A stretch of DNA of 64,000 nt from an uncultured Campylobacterales bacterium (GCA_964500775.1 CAZCQG010000003.1:13324-77323); one strand, 5' to 3'; shown: positions 37,458 through 46,068, numbered from the stretch's first letter. Notes: a model not told the origin generated them from the letters alone. Program-made: numbers and translations.

Positions 37458-38693
37458 ATGGAACAATTTTTACGGACGGCCAAAGAATCGCAAACCGTCT
37501 TAAACGGCATAAAAGGTGAAGCGAAAAACAACGTGCTACGCGCTATGAGTGAGGGCTTACGCACACATATGGGTGTGATCATAGAAGCCAACAAAAAAGA
37601 TATGGAATACGCTACCCAAGCGAAGCTAAGTAGTGCACTTTTGGATAGACTCCTTTTGGATGAAAAAAGAATCGAAGCGATGGCTCAAAGCATCGAAGAG
37701 ATAGCGATGATGAACGAGCCTGTAGGCAGGGTGCTAGATGGATGGATTAATAAAGACGGACTAAAAATAGAAAAAGTGAGTGTCCCTATAGGTGTCATCG
37801 GCATCATTTACGAATCGCGCCCGAATGTCACAAGCGACACGGCGGCTTTGTGCTTTAAGAGCGGTAACGTGTGTATACTCAAAGGGGGAAAGGAGGCTGC
37901 CCATAGCAATGAGGCTATCGCGTCTGTTTTACAAGGCGTACTAGAAGCGCACGGGCTCCCTAAAGAGATTATCTCTTTGATTCCAGATGCGAGCAGAGAA
38001 GGGGTCGCAAAACTCATAAAATTTGACAAATATATTGATCTTATCATCCCAAGAGGAGGCGAGACACTTATCCGTTTTGTGTTAGATAATGCGACCGTCC
38101 CCGTCGTCAAACACGACAAAGGACTTTGCCACGTCTATCTCCACAAAGATGCCGATATGAACAAAGCACTCCCGATTATTATAAATGCGAAGGTGCAAAG
38201 ACCGGGTGTTTGTAATGCGATGGAAACTTTGCTTATCGATGAAAGTATCGCTAGTAACAATCTTTTAAATATTCAAAATGAATTTTTAAAACACGGAACG
38301 AAACTCAAAGGATGTCAAAAAACGCAGAGAATCATCGATATAGAAGCGGCGAGCGAAGAGGATTTTGATACCGAATATTTGGAAAATATTCTTTCGATAA
38401 AAGTGGTAAGCGACCTTGATGAAGCGATAAGACATATCAATACGCATGGATCACAGCATTCCGATTCTATCGTGACCGAGAGCTATGAAGCGAGCGAGAG
38501 ATTCTTAAATGAGATCGATTCGGCGTGCGTGTATGTCAACGCTAGTACGCGCTTTACCGATGGAGGCGTGTTTGGCTTTGGGGCAGAAGTGGGGATAAGC
38601 ACCAATAAACTCCACGCGAGAGGTCCTATGGGAATCAACGACCTCACGACGTATAAATTTATGATTCGCGGTAGCGGTCAGACTAGAAAATAA
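37458..38693 (+). CDS. proA: glutamate-5-semialdehyde dehydrogenase
   Basis: 411 aa of the aldehyde dehydrogenase family, with a ProA-type catalytic Cys context (VCNAMETLLI). Confidence 0.9.
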   Translation: MEQFLRTAKESQTVLNGIKGEAKNNVLRAMSEGLRTHMGVIIEANKKDMEYATQAKLSSALLDRLLLDEKRIEAMAQSIEEIAMMNEPVGRVLDGWINKDGLKIEKVSVPIGVIGIIYESRPNVTSDTAALCFKSGNVCILKGGKEAAHSNEAIASVLQGVLEAHGLPKEIISLIPDASREGVAKLIKFDKYIDLIIPRGGETLIRFVLDNATVPVVKHDKGLCHVYLHKDADMNKALPIIINAKVQRPGVCNAMETLLIDESIASNNLLNIQNEFLKHGTKLKGCQKTQRIIDIEAASEEDFDTEYLENILSIKVVSDLDEAIRHINTHGSQHSDSIVTESYEASERFLNEIDSACVYVNASTRFTDGGVFGFGAEVGISTNKLHARGPMGINDLTTYKFMIRGSGQTRK

Positions 38694-38707
38694 CCTTAGG
38701 AGTAAAT

Positions 38708-38917
38708 ATGCCGTATGTAAATATTAGGGTAGCAGGGAGTCTCACTATCGAGCAAAAAAGAGAGATAGCAAAAGATGTCAGCGATAGTCTAAACAGAGTA
38801 GCGGGCAAGCCTAAAGAGAGCTGCTATATCACTTTTGATGAAGTACCGAGGACAAATTGGGCAAAGGGGTATGATATACTTGATGATGTCGATAAAAGAC
38901 AAGGAGAGAAGAGATAG
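38708..38917 (+). CDS. 4-oxalocrotonate tautomerase family protein
   Basis: 69 aa. The N-terminal MPYVNIRV provides the catalytic Pro-1 after Met removal, and the beta-alpha-beta size matches the family. Confidence 0.8.
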   Translation: MPYVNIRVAGSLTIEQKREIAKDVSDSLNRVAGKPKESCYITFDEVPRTNWAKGYDILDDVDKRQGEKR

Positions 38918-39516
38918 CTCCCATTCTCTCTATAAATAACCTCTCATTCGGCTACAAAAAAGAGAAACTTTTATATAGGAGCTTTTCTCTCTCCGTGGGC
39001 AAAGGCGAGCTTGTATCACTCGTAGGACCTAGCGGGATAGGAAAAAGCACGTTGTTTGATATTATCGCAGGCTTTATCAAGCCGCTAGAGGGGAATCTTA
39101 CAGTCGGCAAAATATCGCAGATTTATCAAGATCCTTACGATTCGTTCCACCACTCCTATTCGATTTTAGATCAGATCGTCGATACGGTAGGCAGGATGGA
39201 AGATCTAGACTTACTACTGTCTCGTCTCGGGTTGGAATATCGAGTGTTGGAGAAAAAGCCATTTGAATTATCGGGCGGGCAGTTACAGCGTTGTAGTATT
39301 TTGCGGGCGGTACTGATGAAACCTGATTTGATACTTGCAGATGAGCCTACTAGCGCGCTTGACAATGTGACCGCATTGGAAGTGATGCGACTTTTGGTCG
39401 GGCTATTGGATGATGTAGGTATATTGCTTATCACCCATGATTTGGAATTGGCAAAATGGTGTAGCGACAGGATTGTCGATTTGGAGAGTTTGAATTTCGC
39501 GGAGGAGACACGATGA
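38914..39516 (+). CDS. stand-alone minimal ABC-type ATPase (DppF/NikE-like NBD); start codon uncertain
   Basis: Motifs present are Walker A GPSGIGKST, Q-loop/QDPYDSF, signature LSGGQLQR, Walker B LILADEPTSALD and H-loop ITHD. The conserved N-terminal strand (PILSINNLSFGYKKEKLLYRSFSLSV) is encoded upstream of the first canonical start (GTG 38995). In that stretch only ATA (38914) and ATT (38923) are available as starts. Confidence 0.65.
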   Translation: MAPILSINNLSFGYKKEKLLYRSFSLSVGKGELVSLVGPSGIGKSTLFDIIAGFIKPLEGNLTVGKISQIYQDPYDSFHHSYSILDQIVDTVGRMEDLDLLLSRLGLEYRVLEKKPFELSGGQLQRCSILRAVLMKPDLILADEPTSALDNVTALEVMRLLVGLLDDVGILLITHDLELAKWCSDRIVDLESLNFAEETR

Positions 39517-40817
39517 ATTTTCAAAAAATGCACATACTGGGCAAGTATACTGATGAGGCTTTTGATACGTTTTATGAGAGGATCTTCACTACCGAGCATT
39601 TTTCAATATTTTTCGACAATGTCATCGGAATCAGATTTTTTCTCAAAAAACAGCAAAAGAATTTTCTCAAATCTTTTGACGATGACCAAAAAGGGTTTGA
39701 ACAGCGCTATAAAAAGCTAGGAGAATTCCATTTTAATAGCAACATCCCTTACGCGAATTTTTTACTCGGGACAAAAATTCTTAGCGAGATTTTTATAGAG
39801 ATAGTTGTTAAGTATAACCTAGATTCCTCATTGATAGCCCTCATCACCAACTACTTCTACGACGCTACGGAAGTGATGGCAAAAGTCTATTTAAAGATGA
39901 TGATTCGTAACGATAAAAAAGATCTCAAAGCGCTACTGAAAAGCTATGAATACTCGGTGCATAAAGAGGAAAAGGTAATACTTATCGCCCATTTTGAATG
40001 GCTCATCAAGCTCATAGACGCGATAGATCACGAAGATGAGACCTTGGCTCCGAATCGGGAAGCCGATGATGATATTAATAAAAATACTACGCAAATACTC
40101 GACAGAATAGACCCCTCTACCTTTAATCATTTCAATAAAAAATATATTGAAAATATTTACGCAAAAATGAGAATCGATGCTAAAAACATCTTCTTTTTTA
40201 TCAAAGAAAAGCGTTATGCCGAAGCCTTGCCTATTTACACGAGTTTGCTAGAGATTTACAAGCTCACGCTACTACTCGGCAATATCCTCTCTAGCTCTAT
40301 CTCGATGAAGACCGAAAAAATGTATTTGGAGCAAAGCAAGCTTGCCACTTACGATGTTTTAACAGGAGCGTTCAATAGACGAAAATACGAAGAGATAATA
40401 GATTATCAATTAAGTCATGCGCAAAGGTATGGCAGGAATCTTAGTCTAGCGATGATAGACATAGACTATTTTAAAAAAATCAACGATAGATACGGACATC
40501 TAAGGGGTGATGAGATCTTAAAGATTCTAAGTCAAATAGTTTTAAGCAGTATACGCTCTACCGATTATTTTGTCCGGTACGGCGGAGAAGAGTTTCTCAT
40601 CCTTTGCCCCGAAACGAATATCGAGGGAGTGGTGCGGATGGTCGAGAAGCTACGAGATAAAATTGCTACTTTTGATTTCGGCATAGGGGAAAAAGTGAGT
40701 GTGAGTATAGGGGTGACGCTTGCTTTAAAAGAGGACACTTCGAAGGATTTGCTAGACAGGGTAGATAAACTGCTCTATAAAGCCAAAAACGAGGGGCGAG
40801 ATAGGGTTTGTCACTAG
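39513..40817 (+). CDS. diguanylate cyclase (GGDEF) with globin-coupled-sensor-like N-terminal domain
   Basis: 434 aa. The C-terminus has an active-type GGEEF with an RxxD I-site (RSTD-YFVRY-GGEEF). The N-terminal blocks FYERIF...LGEFHFNSNIPYANFLLG parallel E. coli DosC FYRIV...VAEVHARIGIPVEIVEMG (distal Tyr, proximal His). The ATGA junction overlaps the ABC ATPase stop. Confidence 0.75.
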   Translation: MNFQKMHILGKYTDEAFDTFYERIFTTEHFSIFFDNVIGIRFFLKKQQKNFLKSFDDDQKGFEQRYKKLGEFHFNSNIPYANFLLGTKILSEIFIEIVVKYNLDSSLIALITNYFYDATEVMAKVYLKMMIRNDKKDLKALLKSYEYSVHKEEKVILIAHFEWLIKLIDAIDHEDETLAPNREADDDINKNTTQILDRIDPSTFNHFNKKYIENIYAKMRIDAKNIFFFIKEKRYAEALPIYTSLLEIYKLTLLLGNILSSSISMKTEKMYLEQSKLATYDVLTGAFNRRKYEEIIDYQLSHAQRYGRNLSLAMIDIDYFKKINDRYGHLRGDEILKILSQIVLSSIRSTDYFVRYGGEEFLILCPETNIEGVVRMVEKLRDKIATFDFGIGEKVSVSIGVTLALKEDTSKDLLDRVDKLLYKAKNEGRDRVCH

Positions 40818-41497
40818 GTTTTTGAGCTAAAAATCACTACTCGTTGCTCTTTGTTGGCATAAAACTCTTTTTCCAAGAGGAAATATTTTTGGAAAATATA
40901 GTCGTGTACGGGCACGACGTATATGATGTATATCTGTTTTTTGCCTTTTTTCGCGAAAGTATAGAGCCTTTCTGCTACGATTTTCGTACTCTCCTCATCA
41001 AACGGATTATAGAGATAAAACGTAGTCACATCGGTCGGAAAAGCTATTTTTTTTGCATCCCCGATAAATACTTCTCCGTGATGCAGGGCAAGTTTTTCAA
41101 GGTTGTTTTTTGATATATCTGCGAGGTATTTTGAGTGCTCGATGCCGTAGAGTTTTTTAAATCCGAATTTTGAGGCAATAAGGAGTGCTTTGCCTTTCCC
41201 GCTCCCTATATCGCAAAATCCTCCTTCTGATACCTCTTTTGGAAGATAGCGCAGAGCCAGCCTGATGGCTTCGGGTCTTGATGCTTGGTATCTTTTTGAG
41301 CTATGTTTATTTTCGGACGGAATATCTAATTGATGGGATTCGTAAATGCCTGCTGTATCTACGGACATTTTGATGTCGTAAAAGAGTTCCGAAAACCACA
41401 AAAGGGTCTTTTGTTTGTAAGGACGGTGTTGATTTGGTTTTGCCCTCCAGGGGGAGGAGGGCATTGGGGGGTTTGATGACTTTGCGCCAAGTGACAT
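40814..41497 (-). CDS. class I SAM-dependent methyltransferase (substrate unknown)
   Basis: 227 aa, with motif I FCDIGSGKGKALL. The N-terminal FYDIKMSVDTAG...YQASRP resembles a methyltransferase family that has a GVDT...YEP lead-in. No NPPY/DPPY DNA-methyltransferase motif is present. Confidence 0.7.
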   Translation of the reverse strand: MSLGAKSSNPPMPSSPWRAKPNQHRPYKQKTLLWFSELFYDIKMSVDTAGIYESHQLDIPSENKHSSKRYQASRPEAIRLALRYLPKEVSEGGFCDIGSGKGKALLIASKFGFKKLYGIEHSKYLADISKNNLEKLALHHGEVFIGDAKKIAFPTDVTTFYLYNPFDEESTKIVAERLYTFAKKGKKQIYIIYVVPVHDYIFQKYFLLEKEFYANKEQRVVIFSSKT

Positions 41498-41535
41498 GCT
41501 TACTCGTCAATCCTTGTACACTTCAGCATTAAGTC

Positions 41536-41556
41536 TAGGAAGTGGCCACTTCCTTT
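41536..41556 (+). terminator. 18-bp perfect palindrome followed by a T-run (terminator-like on the plus strand, or an operator)
   Basis: AGGAAGTGGCCACTTCCT is followed by TTTT. The T-run is only on the plus-strand side, although both flanking genes are on the minus strand. Confidence 0.4.
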
Positions 41557-41599
41557 TGGCTCAAAGTATATATCGGTGCTATTTCGGAAAACTTGAATC

Positions 41600-41986
41600 T
41601 TAGGATTTGACATATACCGTTCCGCTAAAAGTCGCTACCAAGCTCTCATCGGATTTAGTGACTTTTATCTCGTAACTACCGAGTCTTTTAGAGCGAGAAA
41701 GCTCTTTGGCTTCGGCGATGAGGGTTTCTCCGATGAGGGTGGGGGCGAGAAAATTGATGTTGGCGTTTATCGCTAACGCCAACTCCCCTTTTGCATTTGA
41801 AGCCGCCGCAAACGTAAAATCAGCTAGCGAAAAGACCACTCCGCCATGCGCTATTTGCGCACCGTTAAGATGCTTTTGGGTGATAGTCAAACTTGCACGA
41901 GCATAACCGACATCCATTGCTTGCAACACAATACCAAGTTCTCTCGCAAAAATATCTTTGCGTAAAAAATCCTCTTTATTGACCAT
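41600..41986 (-). CDS. PaaI-type hotdog-fold thioesterase
   Basis: 128 aa from the ATG at 41986, which has GGAG 6 nt upstream; the GTG at 42004 is less likely. The family-typical block is HLNGAQIAHGGVVFSLADFTF. Confidence 0.8.
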   Translation of the reverse strand: MVNKEDFLRKDIFARELGIVLQAMDVGYARASLTITQKHLNGAQIAHGGVVFSLADFTFAAASNAKGELALAINANINFLAPTLIGETLIAEAKELSRSKRLGSYEIKVTKSDESLVATFSGTVYVKS

Positions 41987-42040
41987 ATTGACTCCTAGTG
42001 ACACAATTATATTGCGTCTAGCTTGAATTTTTAAGTCACT

Positions 42041-42050
42041 TGTAGTATCT
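42041..42050 (+). promoter_or_regulatory. candidate -10 box TGTAGTATCT upstream of the usp gene
   Basis: A TGTAG box lies 39 nt upstream of the ATG at 42080. Confidence 0.3.
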
Positions 42051-42079
42051 TAGAGATAATAAAACTCAAAGGAGTCAAG

Positions 42080-42979
42080 ATGAGAGATAGGATTGTAGTC
42101 GCAACCGATTTGTCGGAAAAAAGTAACATAGCCGTAAAAAAAGCGATTGATATTTCCAAGAAATATGATTTGTGGTTAGAAGTATTACACGTGATCAATC
42201 CCCCGTTGTTTGAGTGGGCATGGGGTGGCGAAGCACTTGATTCTAGGAAGGACAAAGAGCATCTTATCAAGCAAAAGGCCGAAGAGATTAGCAAAAAAAT
42301 AGAGGAAGAGCTCAAAAGAAAACACAATAAGATAAATGTAGACATCAGGGTGGGGAATCCAAGCGAAGAGATCATCGCCTATGCAAAAGCCAAAAGAGCA
42401 AATGCCATCATCCTAGGTGACGTAGGTGAGTACGGTAGTCTGCAAGAGCTGGTCCTAGGTACGACGACGACAAATGTAATAGATAGATCGAGCGTCCCTG
42501 TATTGATAGCTAGAAATACCGATAGTATCGAGTACAAAAAGATTTTGATTCCAACCGATTTTAGCGAGGATTCTAAAGAGAGCATAGAATACGTCTCCAC
42601 CCTTTTTCCCGATGCGAAACTGTATATTTTAAATGTTATGGAGATTCCTTCGGAACTCCGTCTAAAATATTACGGCTTGGAAGATAAAGAGATTGCCGAT
42701 TTGACCGAAGTGCACAAGATAAAAAATGAAAATGACTTCAATAAGTTTATCGAGAGTTTGGATGTGAAAAATCCTATCGAAAAAGTCGTTGCTTTCGGTT
42801 CTATTCGAGCGAGGATCATTATGGAGGAGGGGAGAGATTTGAGTGTGGATCTCATAGCGGTAAACGCTCATAATATCGCGAACATCACCTCTAAGATTAT
42901 TGGAAATATCGCATCTGAAGTGATAAAAAAATCTAAGCGTGATGTGTTGGTATATCAAACAAGAAGAAAAGAAAGTTAA
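42080..42979 (+). CDS. tandem universal stress protein (2 x UspA domains)
   Basis: 299 aa with two repeats, each ending in a G..G(9)G(S/T)-like ATP-binding block (GDVGEYGSLQELVLGTTT; AHNIANITSKIIGNIAS). Confidence 0.8.
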   Translation: MRDRIVVATDLSEKSNIAVKKAIDISKKYDLWLEVLHVINPPLFEWAWGGEALDSRKDKEHLIKQKAEEISKKIEEELKRKHNKINVDIRVGNPSEEIIAYAKAKRANAIILGDVGEYGSLQELVLGTTTTNVIDRSSVPVLIARNTDSIEYKKILIPTDFSEDSKESIEYVSTLFPDAKLYILNVMEIPSELRLKYYGLEDKEIADLTEVHKIKNENDFNKFIESLDVKNPIEKVVAFGSIRARIIMEEGRDLSVDLIAVNAHNIANITSKIIGNIASEVIKKSKRDVLVYQTRRKES

Positions 42980-42983
42980 GAAG

Positions 42984-43004
42984 CTAGGCGGGAAAACCGC
43001 CTAG
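42984..43004. terminator. hairpin between the convergent usp and helicase genes
   Basis: CTAGGCGG-GAAAA-CCGCCTAG, an 8-bp GC-rich stem. Confidence 0.6.
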
Positions 43005-43009
43005 GGTAA

Positions 43010-44530
43010 CTACCAAGTAGAGCCTTTGCCGCTTGCGTAGCTTTTATTTTGTGATTTATTTTTATTGTAACCGCCGCCTGAAGCGTTATCTTTCTTTTGA
43101 TAGCCGCCGCCACTGCTTTTGTTTCTATCTCTAAAGCCGCCCTTACTTCTGTGTCTGCTATTTCTATTGCCACCGTTGTTTTTCTCTCTAGAGAGGAGAA
43201 GTTTTTTGAGTTTTTCGGCGCTGATTCCTATATGTTCCGGTCCTGCGACGCTTTTCTCGTCCATAAACATTGAGATGAGCTTCAACGTCGCCGTCGTCAA
43301 GTCCATATCGTCTTTGAGGAGATTGAGTATCTCGATGGCTTCGGATTTCACCTCTTGATTTCTGATTTTTTCTATATTTCTCGTGAGGTTAGAGTTGCTT
43401 ATCTCTTTTGCGCTCGGGATTTGTGCTAGCTCTATATCGGTTCTGATGAGTGATTTTATCTTGTCTAGCTCTCTAAATTCTTGTGGAGTGACAAACGTGA
43501 TAGCTATACCGCTAGCCCCGCCTCTTCCCGTTCTTCCGATTCTGTGTACGTAGCTTTCGGGATCAAAAGGGATATGGTAGTTAAACACGTGGCTTACGCC
43601 TGAAATGTCGATCCCTCTAGCCGCTACGTCGGTAGCGACCAAAATGTCGAGTTCACCGAGTTTAAAGCTTTTTATGATTGTTTCTCGTTGTCTTTGCTCC
43701 ATATCTCCGTGGAGACCGCCTGCCCCGTAACCGCGACCGATAAGCATAGTAGCTACTCTGTCTACCTCTTTTTTCATCCTACAAAAGACGATTGATTTTT
43801 GTTTTTCGCACGCATCGAGTAGTCTCGCGAGTGCGTCGTCTCTTTCGTGTTCGTCTATGACGTAGTATTGCTGTTTAATATTGACGTTCGCAGTCTCTTT
43901 CGTGCTGACCGTGATAAATTTCGGGTCTTTGAGGATAGTGTTTGCGAGATTTTTTATCGCCGTAGGCATCGTAGCCGAAAATAGCAATGTTTGTCGCTCA
44001 TTAGGGATAAAATCAAAAATCTCTTTGATGTCGTCCAAGAATCCCATATCGAGCATCTCATCCGCTTCGTCTAGTACGACGTATTTGGGCTTGAGCTTGA
44101 TTTTTCCGCTCTTTACAAGGTCAAGTAGTCTACCCGGAGTGGCTACTATGATGTGGACACCTTTTTCGATGATGTTGAGTTGCCTTGAATACGATTGTCC
44201 GCCGTAGACGGTTGCGGTGCGAATATCGTTATAGCGCCCGAGCTTGTAGAGTTCGTCGCTCACTTGTGTCGCTAGTTCTCTCGTGGGAGTGATGACGAGG
44301 ACTTGTCCTCGCTCTTTGGGGTCTATCGCGTTTAGTAGCGGTAACCCGAATGCGGCGGTCTTTCCCGTGCCGGTATGTGCTTGGGCGATGATGTCTAGCC
44401 CTTTCATCACTTCGGGGATCGCTAGGCTTTGTATCGGGCTAGGGACGGTAAACCCCGCCTCTTTTATCCCCTTGCTGATTGCTGCGTTGAAGCCGAATAC
44501 CTCAAAAGATATGTTTTCTTCAGTAGTCAT
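43010..44530 (-). CDS. DEAD-box ATP-dependent RNA helicase with Gly/Arg/Asn-rich C-terminal tail
   Basis: 506 aa with a Q-motif region, AQAHTGTGKT (motif I), DEAD (VLDEADEML), SAT and HRIGRTGRGG. The tail is NNGGNRNSRHRSKGGFRDRNKSSGGGY. Confidence 0.9.
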   Translation of the reverse strand: MTTEENISFEVFGFNAAISKGIKEAGFTVPSPIQSLAIPEVMKGLDIIAQAHTGTGKTAAFGLPLLNAIDPKERGQVLVITPTRELATQVSDELYKLGRYNDIRTATVYGGQSYSRQLNIIEKGVHIIVATPGRLLDLVKSGKIKLKPKYVVLDEADEMLDMGFLDDIKEIFDFIPNERQTLLFSATMPTAIKNLANTILKDPKFITVSTKETANVNIKQQYYVIDEHERDDALARLLDACEKQKSIVFCRMKKEVDRVATMLIGRGYGAGGLHGDMEQRQRETIIKSFKLGELDILVATDVAARGIDISGVSHVFNYHIPFDPESYVHRIGRTGRGGASGIAITFVTPQEFRELDKIKSLIRTDIELAQIPSAKEISNSNLTRNIEKIRNQEVKSEAIEILNLLKDDMDLTTATLKLISMFMDEKSVAGPEHIGISAEKLKKLLLSREKNNGGNRNSRHRSKGGFRDRNKSSGGGYQKKDNASGGGYNKNKSQNKSYASGKGSTW

Positions 44531-44653
44531 ATGTACCTTTATGTTTTTTATTTAAATAGCTTGCGGTTAAAAAGTATGTAGAAATCTAATACATTAATGT
44601 GTTCAAGCAAAATTAGTGGGCGATTATAGCGTAAAATTTGCGAAAAAGCTACT

Positions 44654-45274
44654 CTATTTTAGATATTCCAACATATTTATATAAAACCCCCTATGCTCTT
44701 TTAAAAATGCCGTAGCCGTGCGGTGGTCTTTGGTATGGAGATTTACAAATTCCCAATACTGTTTGGAATGATTGTGATATTTCGTGTGTGCTAATTCGTG
44801 GGTGATGACGTAGTCGATGACCCATTTGGGCGCAAAAGCCAATAATAGATTGAAACTCAATTTTTTAGACGCACTACAACTTCCCCATCGATTTTTAGCC
44901 GCCCTGATTCCGATAGCTACGTACTCCGTATCGAGAATCTCGGCTATTTCCGCTACTCTTTTTGCAAGATAGACGTTGAGTGCGTTTCGCAAGAATTTTT
45001 TGCCGTTTTTTTCCGAGAGCGCTATCCATTCCCCAAAAAGGAGAATCTCCCCTTTGTGCGATTCTATTTGTCGAGCGAAATATTCCGTAGCTTCTCTTTT
45101 TTGAAGTACGCTTTGGTGTATCCAATCGTGATTTTGACGGATGATACCCTCACATGCCTCTTTTGAGGTATATTTAGGGACGGAGAGGACGACATTGCTT
45201 GATTCGTCGATCCTTATGGTGATCCTGCGTGCTTTTTTTCGACGCTTTATTAGTATTGTAATATCGTTATTCAT
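44654..45274 (-). CDS. YgjP-like (DUF45 / M48-related) zinc metallohydrolase
   Basis: It carries the HELAH(x)KYHNHS motif. The start is moved to the ATG at 45274 (MNNDITILIKRRKKARRITIRI, a family-typical N-terminus). The ORF start at 45376 would overlap the divergent gene. Confidence 0.75.
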   Translation of the reverse strand: MNNDITILIKRRKKARRITIRIDESSNVVLSVPKYTSKEACEGIIRQNHDWIHQSVLQKREATEYFARQIESHKGEILLFGEWIALSEKNGKKFLRNALNVYLAKRVAEIAEILDTEYVAIGIRAAKNRWGSCSASKKLSFNLLLAFAPKWVIDYVITHELAHTKYHNHSKQYWEFVNLHTKDHRTATAFLKEHRGFYINMLEYLK

Positions 45275-45339
45275 CTCGCTAATTTTATCTATTTTCGTTA
45301 AAATTCCAAAGAAAAAATTATAGCTTAAAGGAATATAAA

Positions 45340-46068
45340 TTGAGCGAATCACTAAAAAAAATCGACCCCGAATCACAAGAATTCCAAGAGGAATTACAAA
45401 ACACCATTAAATTTACCGACAAAGTAGTTTCGCAATTTGAATTTGCCTATAACCCCGACGTAGAGATAGTCCAGTCGGTACAGTTTGGTCTGACGAGAAA
45501 CAAACTTATCTACGGCAAAAGATACTGCCCATGCTTCTTCGTGACCCAAAGTGCCGAGGATAGAATCTGCCCCTGTAAACCTGCGCTCAATGACGAGATT
45601 CCTAGCGAAGGAAAGTGTCACTGCGGGATATTCTGTACGCTCGAATATGCAGAAGAGCAGAAATGTATCGAAGAGCTAGAAGACGCGGCACACACCCACT
45701 CTAGGGGACTTAGCAAAGAAGAGTGCGAAATGCTCCTCAAAAAATCGCAACTCGACGGCGATGAACTCGAATCGCTTTTAGAGGCTAGGGCGCTCGGAAT
45801 GGTGGAATTTTATCTCGTAGACGTGCGGGAGTGGATGGAATATAGACACGGAAGAATTAGAGGCGTAGATTTCCTCGTGCCGACCACCACGTTCTATGAA
45901 TCGGTAAAGCAATTAGACGACGTAAAACAAAAAACAATCATTTTGTATTGCCACGTCGGAAGCAGAAGTGCCTACTGCCAAAGGATATTAAAGGACTTCG
46001 GTTTTGGTCATGTAGGGAATCTCACGTATGGAATCGTAAGTTATAAAGGTGATTTAGATAGAGGTTAG
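45340..46068 (+). CDS. ferredoxin-thioredoxin reductase catalytic-subunit-like domain fused to a rhodanese domain
   Basis: 242 aa. The N-terminal half has the CPC..CPC..CHC array (YCPCFF, ICPCKP, KCHCGIFC). The C-terminal half has a rhodanese active-site loop YCHVGSRSAY. The TTG start has AAGGA 7 nt upstream. Confidence 0.7.
   Translation: MSESLKKIDPESQEFQEELQNTIKFTDKVVSQFEFAYNPDVEIVQSVQFGLTRNKLIYGKRYCPCFFVTQSAEDRICPCKPALNDEIPSEGKCHCGIFCTLEYAEEQKCIEELEDAAHTHSRGLSKEECEMLLKKSQLDGDELESLLEARALGMVEFYLVDVREWMEYRHGRIRGVDFLVPTTTFYESVKQLDDVKQKTIILYCHVGSRSAYCQRILKDFGFGHVGNLTYGIVSYKGDLDRG

Noticed and set aside
38891-38917. Programmed -1 frameshift fusing the 4-OT tautomerase to the ABC ATPase, which would need a shift from frame 2 to frame 1.
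   Set aside because: There is no slippery heptamer (only GATAAAAGAC, a run of four A) and no downstream stem-loop or pseudoknot that I can see. Non-canonical initiation or reinitiation is the simpler explanation.
42984-43004. Three hairpins (42984-43004, 52985-53010, 55132-55166) share the apex GG(G)AAAACC(C), which might indicate a REP-like repeat family.
   Set aside because: The stems are unrelated in sequence and length, and each sits exactly at a gene 3' end. They are better explained as independent terminators with a similar A-rich loop.
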